From the NCBI GenBank assembly GCA_030265395.1, contig JARFYF010000017.1, forward strand, positions 16,169,326 through 16,233,325: 64,000 nt of DNA. Direction: 5' to 3'. A model generated the notes under the pieces. That model had not been told where the DNA came from. It did not search any database and saw only the letters and a program-made list of their open reading frames with translations. Below, one piece after another: positions 50,216-62,914 of the stretch (positions are counted from its first letter, which is position 1; every line of letters begins with the position of its first letter). Both the position numbers and the translations under genes were made by a program. Source of the stretch: Rhina ancylostomus. Lineage: Eukaryota.

Positions 50216-51783
50216 CAATAACTTATGGTTATTTTCCAAGGTTGTTCACTGGATTCTTACTACAGGACTCTGGCAGTACTAGTGAGAAAGTCCAGCACAG
50301 TACATCCTGAGATAAAGGAATCAGTCATTCGTGCAAAGCAGATGAAAACTGTTATATACTTAGACTGATGTTACCAAATGTAATTGTACAATGAATGGGT
50401 AATGTGAAGGTAGATGTAGATTCCATAATTTTAAAACTAGAGTAACATTTTTTATGTGACATTCTGGATAACAGAAAATTGTAACTGTGCCATAAAATTA
50501 CAGCACTATGGAAGTGCCTACGCCATAAAAACTGCAGGGTTTAAGGAGGCAGCTCACCACCACCTTTGAAGACCATTAAGGATTGGTATTAAATGCTATC
50601 TTTACCCATTATGCCTATAAATAAATTTTAAAAGAAGTATCTGTAATAAGCCCAGAAATAACCACACATTTTTAATCTAGAGTCCAAGGTTAACCTTTTC
50701 TCTCTTGAGGGAAGCTGAAATTTTAGCCCTGCCTCTTTCTCAATGGTGCTTCCTGACATTCTGAGGATACCAGCATTTCCTGTTGTTTTCCAATATCTTC
50801 TCACAGGGTTATTTCTATGCACCATCCATGTGGATTACAGTAAATTAGCTCACACAAAGCTTGGTATATTTGATTTGGAAATTCCCCAATACCAAATGAT
50901 AGAATAGTTGGGGAACACACCTAAAATAAAGCCATACAATTGATATAAAAACAAATGCAATAATGTGGAGCACAAGCAAAGGTGGAAAAAGGAGGCGCAT
51001 CAACAGGGACTACTTTCAGTGTCCCAATCAACAATATAATATAATGAAATTCAGAATTTATCCTTTACTAGATCACATTGGAATACATTTCCAATGATCC
51101 AAAACTGCAGCTTTTTCAGATTATTCAATCAGTTTACCCAAAATAGTTTGAAGTATACCCATTAAATATTATCTGCATAACATTATAAGAATATAAAGCC
51201 ATATCAACTGTAATTAGATTTTAAACACTTGCCCAGGAAGTATTAAAAGGATGAAACAAGGAGTAATTTTCTGAATGTGTGCTGACACAGTGAAACTTCA
51301 CACCACAGCACACAGTAAGAAGTGACAGGCGACACTCTGATGGTAACTAAAGACCCTGTCCCAGCCTGGAAACAAAGTTTTGATGAACTGAGGGTTACAT
51401 TAAGGCATGAGGAGACTTGATAACCATTCTCAAAATTTAGCAATAATCTGGTCAGCCCTTATTAAATGCATATTGACAAGGATCAGTGTGTTTTCTCATT
51501 GCGACTGCCATTTTATGCCTTTCTGAAAACTAAATGATGAGTTATTTAAAGCTAACTCTTCCCTCTTGCCTTCTGGAATATGGTTTGGAGATGTTCAATA
51601 CCATCAGTGTATATCATGCCAGGAGGAAATCTTAAAAGGAAATGCAATCTTTGGCTAAGGCACTTTAGTTTACTGGTCATAGCATAGAATATTCTTCCCT
51701 GAATGAGGAAGGAAAAAAATTCTTGGCATACCCCACACAGTATCACATGTCTCAGGCAGTCATTCATTCACTATGCAGTTTTG

Positions 51784-51958
51784 TTAGCTGTGTTTTTCAT
51801 GTTCTCCTTTCCCATAGGTGAACACCTGAAAGAAGATTGCGAAGTCAATGCAAATCTGAAGAGTCCCACAAACCCAGAATTGCACTGGGGTCGCATTAAT
51901 AATGAAGTATGCAGTCTTAAAGACATCGCCCAGGGTCCACATGAGCACCATCTTAACA
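51784..51958 (-). CDS. Last coding exon of an SLC66A2 (PQLC1)-like PQ-loop membrane protein
   Basis: (S)VKMVLMWTLGDVFKTAYFIINATPVQFWVCGTLQICIDFAIFFQV matches the PQLC1 C-terminus as I recall it (SIKMVLMWTSGDAFKTAYF...PLQFSVCGLLQV). Acceptor TTTTCTTTTCCTAG|T (phase 2) at 51959/51958; stop TAA at 51784-51786. Ortholog versus paralog is unresolved. Confidence 0.88.
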
Positions 51959-54399
51959 CTAGGAAAAGAAAACAAAAAATTATTATGCTGTACCAACTCA
52001 ATGAGATTTATCAATAACAATACTAAAATATCAAAGAGTAACACTTAAATTTTATATACTACTTTTAACAGCAAAAGCATCCCAAGATGCACAATAGAAG
52101 TGAAAAAGGACAAAAATTGTATACTATTGAAAGAGAAAATATTGCAAGGGATGACCAAAGGTTTGGACCAAATTATGAGTATTAAGGGGCATCTTAAATG
52201 AGGAATGGGAGAAAGAAGTGACAGATGGACTTAGGGAGGAAATTTAGAGCATAGGACCTTGATAGCAAAGTCATGGTCACAGAAGCAGCAACCCCAATAT
52301 TGACTGGGGCATGTTCTGTGAGTTGAAGGGCAAGATTTTTGTTTGAGAGAAGTCTAGATTTTTTTTTCCCTCCCAGCAGTCTCTACCCTGAAGGTGGTCT
52401 AATTAAGAGATTTGGCTCTATGTTGGTTGGGAAGGACTGGAGGAGGTTAAATCTGAAGTTATAATCTTGGCTCGGATCCTGCTGATAAACACTACTATTT
52501 GACAGGTTAAATGGAAATAGGTCCAGGCTTTCTGTATCCAAATTGAGCAGGTCCATGTCAGCAAAATCTGGCTGATTTAAATAGACATGTCTCCCAAGAC
52601 CAAGTTAGTTAGCTACCTGGCTCCTGTCCTTTCTCCATTAAAACCATAAGTGAGCAATTTGGAGAAGGATTGTGCCTAGGCTTTGAAATATTTGGTTGAG
52701 CCTGACCAAAACCAACTCTTTTTAAGGTCTGAATGACCTCGCAGTAAGTTATATCACAGGAGGCAGAGATTCAACGAGTTATGCCAGAAACAGCTCTTTG
52801 AAAGAACTAATTGGTTTCATTCCTGACACTCTCCACATGCTCTTTCATTTTCCTGCACGTTCTCTTTATATTTGTTGTTAAAATTGACTAGTTAATCTGT
52901 TTCCACAACTGTTTCAGGCTGCAAATTCCTTGCTGTGTAAAACAATTTCTCTTCAACTCCCCTTTGGTTCTTTTGCCAATTATCTTCGGCTCCCACTGAT
53001 TGTACATTCTCACTTCTGATACCAGCATTTCTGCATCTCACCCAAGTACTGACCTGCTTATCTCTATTTTCTCAATCTTTTCAGATCACATAAATGTTTG
53101 CTCTTATATTCCTCTCCTTATCATCAATGCATGTGCCAAAGCCTCAACAGCATTTTACACAGCAGAAGGGGTTGAAACCGACCATATTATTAAAAAAAGC
53201 AATAGTAAGATACAGGAAATGACTGGGTTGGCCAATATGTTATCATTCATTTGCATTTCACCATCCACAACTTTTAGTACAAAGCACTATGATCCAAAAT
53301 GTGTGATGTAAATCAAACAGCACAACAGCAAGAGGCTAAAGCTGGGCTGATACTGCATTTTCACACCACTGAACATTAAGTTCACACATTAACTCTCCAA
53401 CATTATTTTTTAATGCATCATTTGTTACCATATGTTAGAACATCAACATCTTTTAAAATATTTATTTTGCATTTCTCCAGCTCATTTGCCATGACTTAAT
53501 TTTCCTGGAATTTCCATGCTTCTTCCTCCATTGTTACGGACTTTACATGAGAACCCTAGCCCCTATGGACATTCACTCTCAACCTGCTGAGCATTTCCAG
53601 AATTTTCAGTTTTTGTTTCAGATTTCTATCATTTGCAAATTTTTTGTCTTTTGGCTTCTGCATGGTTAAATGCAGCTTGAATCTGAAACTCTCAGGCTCC
53701 ATTTAAACCCAACCAGAAATCAGTGGGAAGGGTGGGAAATCAAATGTGCTGGTTATTGGTGACTAATATCAAATGTAAGGTTGGGAGCTGGGAGCACATA
53801 AGGATTGGAGATGAAACCAGTCTGCAACACTCTGCTTTTCTTGTCAAGCCCACAGTTTTAAAAAACCTTTCAGACCTTGTTTTGATTGTAATCTATGTCC
53901 CTCCTTAACAAATGGGGCCAGATTCTCACTGTGCTCCTTTGCCTGAGAGGATGAGTTAAAATTGGAATTGGAACCTGATGGCATTACAGGCACATGTGGA
54001 AAAAAATAGGAACGTTGATTTTGGGCCAGTTGAGTACATTAAAATGAGCAANNNNNNNNNNNNNNNNNNNNNNNNNNNNNNNNNNNNNNNNNNNNNNNNN
54101 NNNNNNNNNNNNNNNNNNNNNNNNNNNNNNNNNNNNNNNNNNNNNNNNNNNNNNNNNNNNNNNNNNNNNNCACCATGGAATAAAAGCATTAGCAGAGTGC
54201 AGTAATAAGATTAACCATGGTTATTTTCAAATGAAATTAGTCATGCAAGTACATGAGTGATGTTAACTATTGGCAACTATGGCATTGGATTCTACTGGTA
54301 CAAAAAATGGACCAAAGAATGAATAAAACATTTTAAAATAAAATCAAAACACATGGGAACAATTATAAGGCCACAGGCTGTGCTTCTATCTTTCAAATG

Positions 54400-55500
54400 T
54401 TACATAGAACAGTACAGCGCAGGAACACGTCTTTCGGTCCACGATGTCCGCACTGATATGGATCAGGTACTTCTGACTGTACATGATCCATATCCTTCCA
54501 TTCCCTGCATGTTCACGTGTCCAACAGCCTTTTAAACGCCACCGTCATATCTGCCTCCACCACTACCCCGGCAGCCCGTTCCAGGCACCTATCACTCTGT
54601 GTAAGAAAACTTGCGCTGCACATCTCCTTTCAACTTTCCCTCTCTCACTTTAAATGCACGAGCTCCAGTACTTGACATTTCTAACCTGGGGAAAAGAGTC
54701 AGACTGTCTACCCTACCTATGCCTCTCATAACCTTTTAATACCCTTTCTGTGTCTCCCCTCAGCCTCCTACACTCCAGAGAAAACAACCCAAGTTTGTTA
54801 ACCACTCCTTATGGCTCATACCCTCTAATCCAGGCAGCATCCTGCATACTTTCCAAGCCTCCTCATCCTTCCTGTAATGGGGCAACCAGAATTGCACACA
54901 ACACTCCAAGTGTGGCCTAACCAAAGTTTTATATAGCTGCAACATGACTTGCTTATTCTTATACACAATGCTCTGATCATGAAGGCAAGTGTACTATATG
55001 TCTTGTGTGCCACCCTATCTACTTGCGTGGCTACTTTAAGAGACTATGGATTGGGACCCCAAGATTCCTCTGTACATCAATGCTGTTAAGGGTCCGGCAA
55101 TAACTGTATACTTTCCCCTTATATTTGACCTCCCAAGTTGCCTCACACTTATCTGGAATAAAATCCACCTGCCATTTCTCTGCCCATATCTGTAACTGAT
55201 CCATATTCTGCAGCATCCTTAGACAGCCCTTGACACTGTCCACAACTCCACCGATCTTTGTGCCATCTGCAAACTTATTCATCCACACATCTACATTCTC
55301 GTCCAAGTCATTTATATACAGTATACAGTATATCACAAACAACAGAAGCCCCAGCAGTGATCCCTGCAGAACACCACTGATCACAGACCTCCAGTCAGAT
55401 TAACATCTTTCCACCACTACCCTCTGTCTTCTACTGGCAAGCCATTTTTGGATTCAAACTACTAAGTTAGCATGAATCCCATGAATTGAATGAAAACCCA
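54400..55500 (-). mobile_element. CR1-type LINE RT/3' portion, decayed
   Basis: SGVLQGSLLGLLLFVIY..INDLD..KFADGTKIGG, LQIWAEKWQ and LVRPHLECCVQFW, with frameshifts. Confidence 0.9.
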
Positions 55501-55522
55501 GCTTTGATTGTTGCCTTGAACA

Positions 55523-55813
55523 GGGCAAGCACGGTAGTGTAGCAGTTAGCATAACGCTACTACAGTGCCAGCAAACTGGGTTCAATTCTGGCCGCTGTCT
55601 GTAAGGAGTTTGTACGTTCTCCCCGTGTCTGCATGGGTTTCCTCCGGGTGCTCTGGTTTCCTCCCACATTCCACAGATGTACGGGTTCATAAGTTGTGGG
55701 CGTGCTATATTGGCACCAGAAGCGTGGTGACACTTGCGGGCTGCACCCAGAACACTATATACATAAGATGATTTCACTGTGTGTTTCGATGTTTTAGGTA
55801 TCTTATATCTTAT
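55523..55813 (+). mobile_element. V-domain tRNA SINE, near full length
   Basis: GCACGGTAGTGTAGCAGTTAGC head, GGGTTCAATTCTG B box, GGGTTTCCTCCGGGTGCTCTGGTTTCCTCCCAC and a TCTTA tail. Confidence 0.85.
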
Positions 55814-57364
55814 ATGCCAGCTATCTGATTCTGTCTTTCAGTCAGTTCTGTGTGTTACTCTTAATATATAATGATGAACTTTAGTCCTTAATGCACTTTA
55901 TGAAACTGGTGGATATGATATTGAACAACTTTCAACAGGAATTGACAAGATAAAGAACCCTTGGGTGTATGTCATATTTATGAATTACAGCAGGACACAA
56001 GGTAGTGAAATGGTGATCAAAGAGTACAATCAAAATTTAGCAATGTATCCATATTTTGCTGCTACAAATGCTGCATAGCATAGTTGCACAAAGCTGGGAA
56101 GTAGATGCAAGTCTTTCTGCAAGAGACAAAAATCGTAACCTTGTTAAGTAAGCTAAAAATGTTCTAGTTAAAATCGTACAGTACTGATGGTGCTTAATCT
56201 TTTCTTGTGATATTACAGGAAAATTGTAAGTTAATTAGTCAAATGAAATGCAGTCATTTGACATTATTTTGTTGTTTTATCTCAGTCACCAGGAGAATGC
56301 AAATAAAAGGAATTTATTGATGCTTCATCTCTGGTGCTTTAAGAATAAATTAATATTACTTTAGGCTTCTTACATTTCTAAGTGGATTATTAGTAAGTAC
56401 TAAATCATTGAAAATTGGAAAACTTAGAACGTATGTAATCAAAGAATGGAATGCTGATTTGGGGTATTTACTTCCATTTACTGCAAGGCCTGAATTTAAA
56501 GAGTTGGGGGGGCGGCGGGTTGACATCTTAATTTGGAGGAGTAAGTGGGTTTGGATGCAGCTGGGGTTTAAAATAGAGCAAAAATGTGAGTGCGACTGTG
56601 ACCTGTGGCTCACAGAGTGAACCAGGAGCAGGGATGGACAGAGCGAAGGGGCAACTAAGCAAGGAGTGAGCAACAGCAATCAGCTGCAGGGTGAAGCAGG
56701 GAGGTTGGAAGTGCAGCGGGCAACGTGAACAGGGTGCAGACATGGCAGGGTGAAGTACAAATCAATGCGGGTGAGTGGGATTAGTCTAGAGAGGTGCGAG
56801 GGTGGCAGTGACATGGTGGGCTGTTTCTGTGCTGTAGTATGCTATTGGAAAGCTGCCTATAACCCACGCCTTCTGTCTTTAACATAATTCCATTAAACTG
56901 TCTGCACACAACCTGTCCAAGACAGGCAGACTGCCAACTGACACACACTATTCACTCAACTGGAGTAACATTTCAACACACTTTAAAATTCAACATCATG
57001 TTTACAGGTTTCCTAAAGTCACGAATGAAAGCAAGGTGAAAATGTAGTTGTAGTTGTAAATCTCTAAGCCTATAAAAACATGTTAAAAACAGGGTGATCT
57101 AGCACAAAGGTCTGCGCCAGAATGCTAAATTATTAAGTTTCAGAGTGTAAATATGACCTAACAGCTTTGAACACCACAGTGTCAAGCAAAGATTTTGAGT
57201 CTCATCATTTCCTGTGAGGAACAGGGCTCGAGTACAAAACTGTCCATATTTGGAAATGATTGCCTATCGCATTCATTGTGACTACACAAGTAGTTGCTTT
57301 AGGACAGAGATAATGTAGCAGTGCTACCAAAAATGATGTAAAGATAAAAAGTTAAAAATGTAAG

Positions 57365-57660
57365 AGATAGAAGCAAGAGTAAGCAACAGCTCCCTGAGTC
57401 TGCTTCACCATTCAATAAGATCATGGTTGAGATGACCTTGGCCTCCAATCTTCTACCTGGTCCCCCATAACTCTTGATTTCCCCTAAAATATCAAATCAG
57501 TAATTCAGTCACTCCAGCTCTCTGGGGTAGCAAATTCCAAACATTTAAGGGAAAGAATTCCTCCTCATCTGCATCTTCAATGGGTAAAGGCATTATTCTG
57601 ATGCTCTGCCCCCTCGCACTGGACTCCCCCCTGAGGAGAAACATCTTCTCAGCATCAAGT
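57365..57660 (-). mobile_element. Older CR1-type LINE 3' fragment
   Basis: DAEKMFLL.GES..RG and WNLLPQRA. Confidence 0.65.
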
Positions 57661-58376
57661 AAGTTTGTTCTAGTCATGCAAATGGATTATCATTCTGCTT
57701 CCAAACCCTTTAAGCATTTTATGACCTATGAATGCTAAATTTCCACACAGGAGAAAACAATATATGCAATTCCTCAGCAGAAATGGATATGAAGATCTCT
57801 CCCACCCAAAAAATTCTCATGCTACATCTGCCATCAATATCTATCAAAATCTAGACTGGGTTAAAATACTCAGAATAAAATATTAATGGGGTGGAGGGGA
57901 CAATACTATAAAGATGTTAGGTAGGGCACAAGAAACATTTTATAATCTTTTTGGGCGCTATTGTTTCATTATCATCCGAAGAAGCAGAAAAAGTTTGAAC
58001 TGTTGCCGGGAAATTGGATTTCACCCTTATGAGGGGCACTAAATGTATTCTGGGGCATAGAGTTTACTCTAAGTTGGAGATTACAAGAAAAATCCAAAGA
58101 TTTGGGACATCCTCACTTTAAATTGTTAACTAATCCTGGTAACAATTAACCATGAAATAATTGGATTGTTGTAAAAGCTCATCAGGTTTACTCATGTCCT
58201 GCAGGGGAGGAACCTGCTGTCCATACCTGGCCTAAATGTGACTCCAGACCCACCAATGTGCTTCACCTTCACTCAGTAAAGGGGAACATAGGAATGGGCA
58301 ATAAATACCAGCTTTACCATTGGCACTAACAACCCACAAATGAGTAAAGATTTTCATAATAAGGCAATTTAAGAAA

Positions 58377-59220
58377 TACATGTGACTCCCATGTTACAGA
58401 GGGATGGTGTTCCTAGCAAACCATTTGTATCGCAATTTTCCATAACATGAAACACTATTTCCCATTGAATCCCATGTTGTTAGTGGAGATGCATTTCTAT
58501 GGGATGTTTATCTCTCAACAGTATTGATAGTACCACAGTTGCTGCTTCATGGCAGTGGGCCAATTAAGAGATTGTCAATTTCCAAAGCAAATTTCTTAAA
58601 TGGTCAGTAGCGATGCTTGGAGACACAAGTAACTGCAGATGCTGTAATCTGGAGCAAAGAACAAACGTAAGGCTGGAAGATGATAGGTAGAGACAGGTAT
58701 AGAGAGAGGGGAAAAAAGGACAGATGGAGCCAAGTGAAGGGGGGAAGGTCGAGATAGGTGGCAGTCTCTTGTGTCTCCACATCACCTTCCAGCCTTCAAT
58801 TTGAATGGCGACATACACTATTAAATATTGATTATAAGTAAGGTAATGATATAACTCATGACAAATAACTATGGTCGTTTAGATTTACAACTTGCACTTA
58901 AACTTGCTGACCCTGTTTCAAACAGCCTAAGGGTAAATAATATGGAAGACTCTTGAAAATAAATCTGCTAGAGAGCAAAATGAATGTGCCACGGTAAAAA
59001 AAAGCCACATTATCTGCACGTGCATCAAGAAATGAGTTTAAAAAAAACAAAAATAGACTAAAGTTGTTTCTTTTTCATTTTGTGTTGTTTTTTAATTTAA
59101 TTTTTTTCCCCACAGCGAGCAAATTTTATTCTGTATCTTGGATTTTTGGGTAATGATTTGTGAATTCCATAACGGCAAATTTCCATAACCCGAACAGCCG
59201 TAATGTGGGGGTTGCCTATA
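58377..59220. mobile_element. Possible Tigger/pogo-like non-autonomous DNA transposon, with a Penelope-like fragment inserted at about 58615-58790
   Basis: Degenerate inverted termini TACATGTGACTCCCATGTTAC and GTAATGTGGGGGTTGCCTATA, each bounded by TA. Subterminal TTCCATAAC repeats are present. Confidence 0.4.
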
Positions 59221-60621
59221 TTAAGTGTTGATTTTAAGTAATAATTTAGGAAGGTTTGAAGAAAAATTTGATTCTGCAAATAAAGCAATTGGTTATCACT
59301 TGAAAAGTTACAAGAACTCCTCAACTCTTTTGGCTTGCTTTCATTTGAATGTTCTACCTTCACTCATGGTGCAGAGTTCTGCCATTGGATATGGTGTGCC
59401 AAACTAAACAATGTAAGACTTCCAACAATGAAATGGCATTTGAAGCAACTATAAGGCAGACTTCTCAAATCATTTACAAGACTGATGACTCCATGGCTAT
59501 AGTCTGAATCTCTTGTCGTTTGCTGAAAGTTCCTCATCAATCTGCTGGCACTTCTCACCTTAAATTATGGTAAGATTTGAGTTTCATGGAACATGGGAGT
59601 CCCAAATTTATCCAACAGCCATTTCCTGGCTGGGCTCTGGAGCAAAATCTTGTTGAGATGCCCCAGAACATATGCTCTATTCGGCTTTGGAGCACCTAGC
59701 CAACAGCAAAACACACATCAGGNNNNNNNNNNNNNNNNNNNNNNNNNNNNNNNNNNNNNNNNNNNNNNNNNNNNNNNNNNNNNNNNNNNNNNNNNNNNNN
59801 NNNNNNNNNNNNNNNNNNNNNNNNNNNNNNNNNNNNNNNNNNNNNNNNNNNNNNNNNNNNNNNNNNNNNNNNNNNNNNNNNNNNNNNNNNNNNNNNNNNN
59901 NNNNNNNNNNNNNNNNNNNNNNNNNNNNNNNNNNNNNNNNNNNNNNNNNNNNNNNNNNNNNNNNNNNNNNNNNNNNNNNNNNNNNNNNNNNNNNNNNNNN
60001 NNNNNNNNNNNNNNNNNNNNNNNNNNNNNNNNNNNNNNNNNNNNNNNNNNNNNNNNNNNNNNNNNNNNNNNNNNNNNNNNNNNNNNNNNNNNNNNNNNNN
60101 NNNNNNNNNNNNNNNNNNNNNNNNNNNNNNNNNNNNNNNNNNNNNNNNNNNNNNNNNNNNNNNNNNNNNNNNNNNNNNNNNNNNNNNNNNNNNNNNNNNN
60201 NNNNNNNNNNNNNNNNNNNNNNNNNNNNNNNNNNNNNNNNNNNNNNNNNNNNNNNNNNNNNNNNNNNNNNNNNNNNNNNNNNNNNNNNNNNNNNNNNNNN
60301 NNNNNNNNNNNNNNNNNNNNNNNNNNNNNNNNNNNNNNNNNNNNNNNNNNNNNNNNNNNNNNNNNNNNNNNNNNNNNNNNNNNNNNNNNNNNNNNNNNNN
60401 NNNNNNNNNNNNNNNNNNNNNNNNNNNNNNNNNNNNNNNNNNNNNNNNNNNNNNNNNNNNNNNNNNNNNNNNNNNNNNNNNNNNNNNNNNNNNNNNNNNN
60501 NNNNNNNNNNNNNNNNNNNNNNNNNNNNNNNNNNNNNNNNNNNNNNNNNNNNNNNNNNNNNNNNNNNNNNNNNNNNNNNNNNNNNNNNNNNNNNNNNNNN
60601 NNNNNNNNNNNNNNNNNNNNN

Positions 60622-60830
60622 CCTGAAGACCCACACTCAACATTTTAGGAACAGCTTCTTCCCCTCTGCCATCAGATTTCTGAATGGTCCATGAACACTA
60701 CCTTGTAACTCCTCTTTTGCACTATTTACTTATTTTTGTAACGTATAGTAATTTTTATGTCTTGCACGGTACTGCTGCCGCAAAAAAAAACAAATTTCAC
60801 GACATAGGTCTGTGATACCTGATTCTGATG
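60622..60830 (+). mobile_element. Rex1/Babar-like LINE 3' end (body probably in the preceding gap)
   Basis: LKTHTQHFRNSFFPSAIRFLN and tail CCTGATTCTGA; closely similar to 19495-19725 and 63350-63577. Confidence 0.8.
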
Positions 60831-61374
60831 CTGGGGATTCTGCTTTGTGATCCTGCCTCAAGTGTAGTCTGGCCCAGGGATCCCCAAACCATTCATTCAA
60901 ATAGGGAAGTGCAAGAAGAAATGGGAAAATAAGCTAAGTTACATCTATTTAATTATGTGTGCTTAATTTAATCTTTTGAATTACTTATGCATAACTTTTA
61001 TTCATTATTAAATGTTTCTCAGAGGTACTGAAAACCTGTAGCAACCTGGAGAGCCAGCAAAGCTGGGGATGGGGTTTCCATAGCTATCAAGAGGTTTTGT
61101 GAGCAGGGCTTGATGTTGACCAGCCACATCATCCCTGCCATCACACTGGGACCTGACCCTAAGCTCCAGTTGGCCGGATTTGGTTGACAGAAGGTCAGTG
61201 GAATGTGGAATATGGGCAGCAAGCAGATGTCAGTAAATTCAGAGCCTGTGCATTAAGACTGCCAGACTGGACAGCTGGGTCTAGAAGCTGCTGCACACCA
61301 ATTTTTGGTGCTGATATAACATTGTGGGTCACCCCACTGCTTGTGTGAAAGCCGCATAAAGAGCCGAAAGCTCA

Positions 61375-61590
61375 TAGTGTAACCTATCACTTACTGGCCC
61401 CTGTCTCACCATTGCCTCTCTCCTCTTTGGACAGGATATCTTCCCTCCCCACACTCAGTCCTGATGCAGGGTTTTAATCTGAAATGGTAACTATTCCTTT
61501 CCATCCACATTTGCTGCTCGACCCACAGAGTTCCTCCAGCAGGTTGTTTGTTGCTCCAGATCTCAGCTTCTGCAGTCTCCTGTGTCTACA
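61375..61590 (+). mobile_element. Penelope-like repeat with a degenerate hammerhead (61457-61492)
   Basis: AGTC-CTGATGC-AGGGT-TTTA-ATCT-GAAA-TGGT-AACT, followed by GAGTTCCTCCAGCAG...GCTCCAGATCTCAGCTTCTGCAGTCTC. Confidence 0.65.
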
Positions 61591-62239
61591 ATGTGTAATG
61601 CCACACTGAAACTGACATTGTGGGTTTCACTGTGGCATTTCCTACTGGTACGTTTCAAGTTCTTGCAGTTGTCAGCAGGTCGCCCTGCAAGTGCAATCTT
61701 GGCAGACAATTCTCAAAAAAACCTCGCACAATTCAAACAGCTTTTTGGTTACTCCCAAAAGTCAGAGAGAACTTGACAGGCTGGTGAAGAATTGTTCCTG
61801 TGGGAAGCATTTTGCTCATGGAGGGAGGTAAAGAAATCCCTTTAGGGCTACAGCCAAATGCCCCCAGGAAAAAGGTTGACACCTTAACTGCAAGTAACAA
61901 TGGCAATGATCAATAGATAATTTAGCCATCAAACTATAGTAGTGAAGAGAGTAAAACTTAGAACAGAATAGCTCGATCCCATCAAATCTAATGATCTTAA
62001 ATGTCTGGCAATTCAAGAGTCCAGAATCGAAAGATTAGTTTTTAGATCTTTTATTCATTCTACCCAAGGGAGGTTCAAATATTTCATCATTAACCCGATA
62101 TAAGGCTTGTTAAAACCTTAACATTGCCAAATATAACAAGAAGAGCAAAGCAAACCCTTTCCATATCTCACTCTGTTTTATATTGATTCAGTGAAAGGAA
62201 AAATTACTTGGGCATATAACAGACAGCCAATTCACAACA

Positions 62240-62354
62240 AAAAAAATATCGACATACACCTTTTGCTCCAACAGAGATGCTTGACCTGCAGAAATCTTCC
62301 AGCGTTCTGTTTTTTGTTATCCTAGGTTCCAGCATCTGCAGTCTCTTTTGTCTT
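62240..62354 (+). mobile_element. Short copy of the same repeat with a 16-bp TSD
   Basis: CAGCCAATTCACAACA (62224-62239) and CAGCCAACTCACAACA (62355-62370) flank ...TTCCAGCATCTGCAGTCTC. Confidence 0.7.
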
Positions 62355-62914
62355 CAGCCAACTCACAACATCAGGTTTACCAGCCGGCACTGAAAATTAT
62401 TCAACAACTTCCCAATCCTGCCATTATTTTTACAGTAATTCCTCCTAACTCTTGAAATTGCATTAGTATATCCTGATATGCAGAAAAGAGTATCTACAAT
62501 CCTATTAACAAAATTTTCAATTATCTTCCTTTATTTTTACAGTGTGCAAAATTATGTAGGGCTCCCAAACATCTACTGTTCTATACATATGATTTTTTTT
62601 GATGAAATGTACTACTGCATAATCCAGATTTGGTAATCACCAATTATTATCTGCCAGTTTTGAATAATAATGGTCCTGCTTTCATTTTTAATTCATGACA
62701 GTGTATCTTCCTTTCCATCAGTGGTGAGCAATATCTCACACCCGCATGTACCCGGAGCAAGTTCTCAATGCTGCCTCCAGAATGGCTAGGCCTTGCACAG
62801 CATGGAGCCTGGCCAATCAGGAGACGGCAAATCCTGCCCCAGAAATGCTCTGATGGCAGGTTAAGCCACAACCTTACTTTTGTCAGAACTGCCAAAGAGC
62901 TTGAATTCACAAGC

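Noticed and set aside
59593-60694. Long ORFs of 150-350 aa here and at 6.3, 14.6 and 18.8 kb
   Set aside because: They consist of X residues from N gaps.
14372-62370. CRISPR-like or prokaryotic/viral system
   Set aside because: No regularly spaced repeat-spacer array, operon or viral ORF is present; the repeats are dispersed eukaryotic elements.
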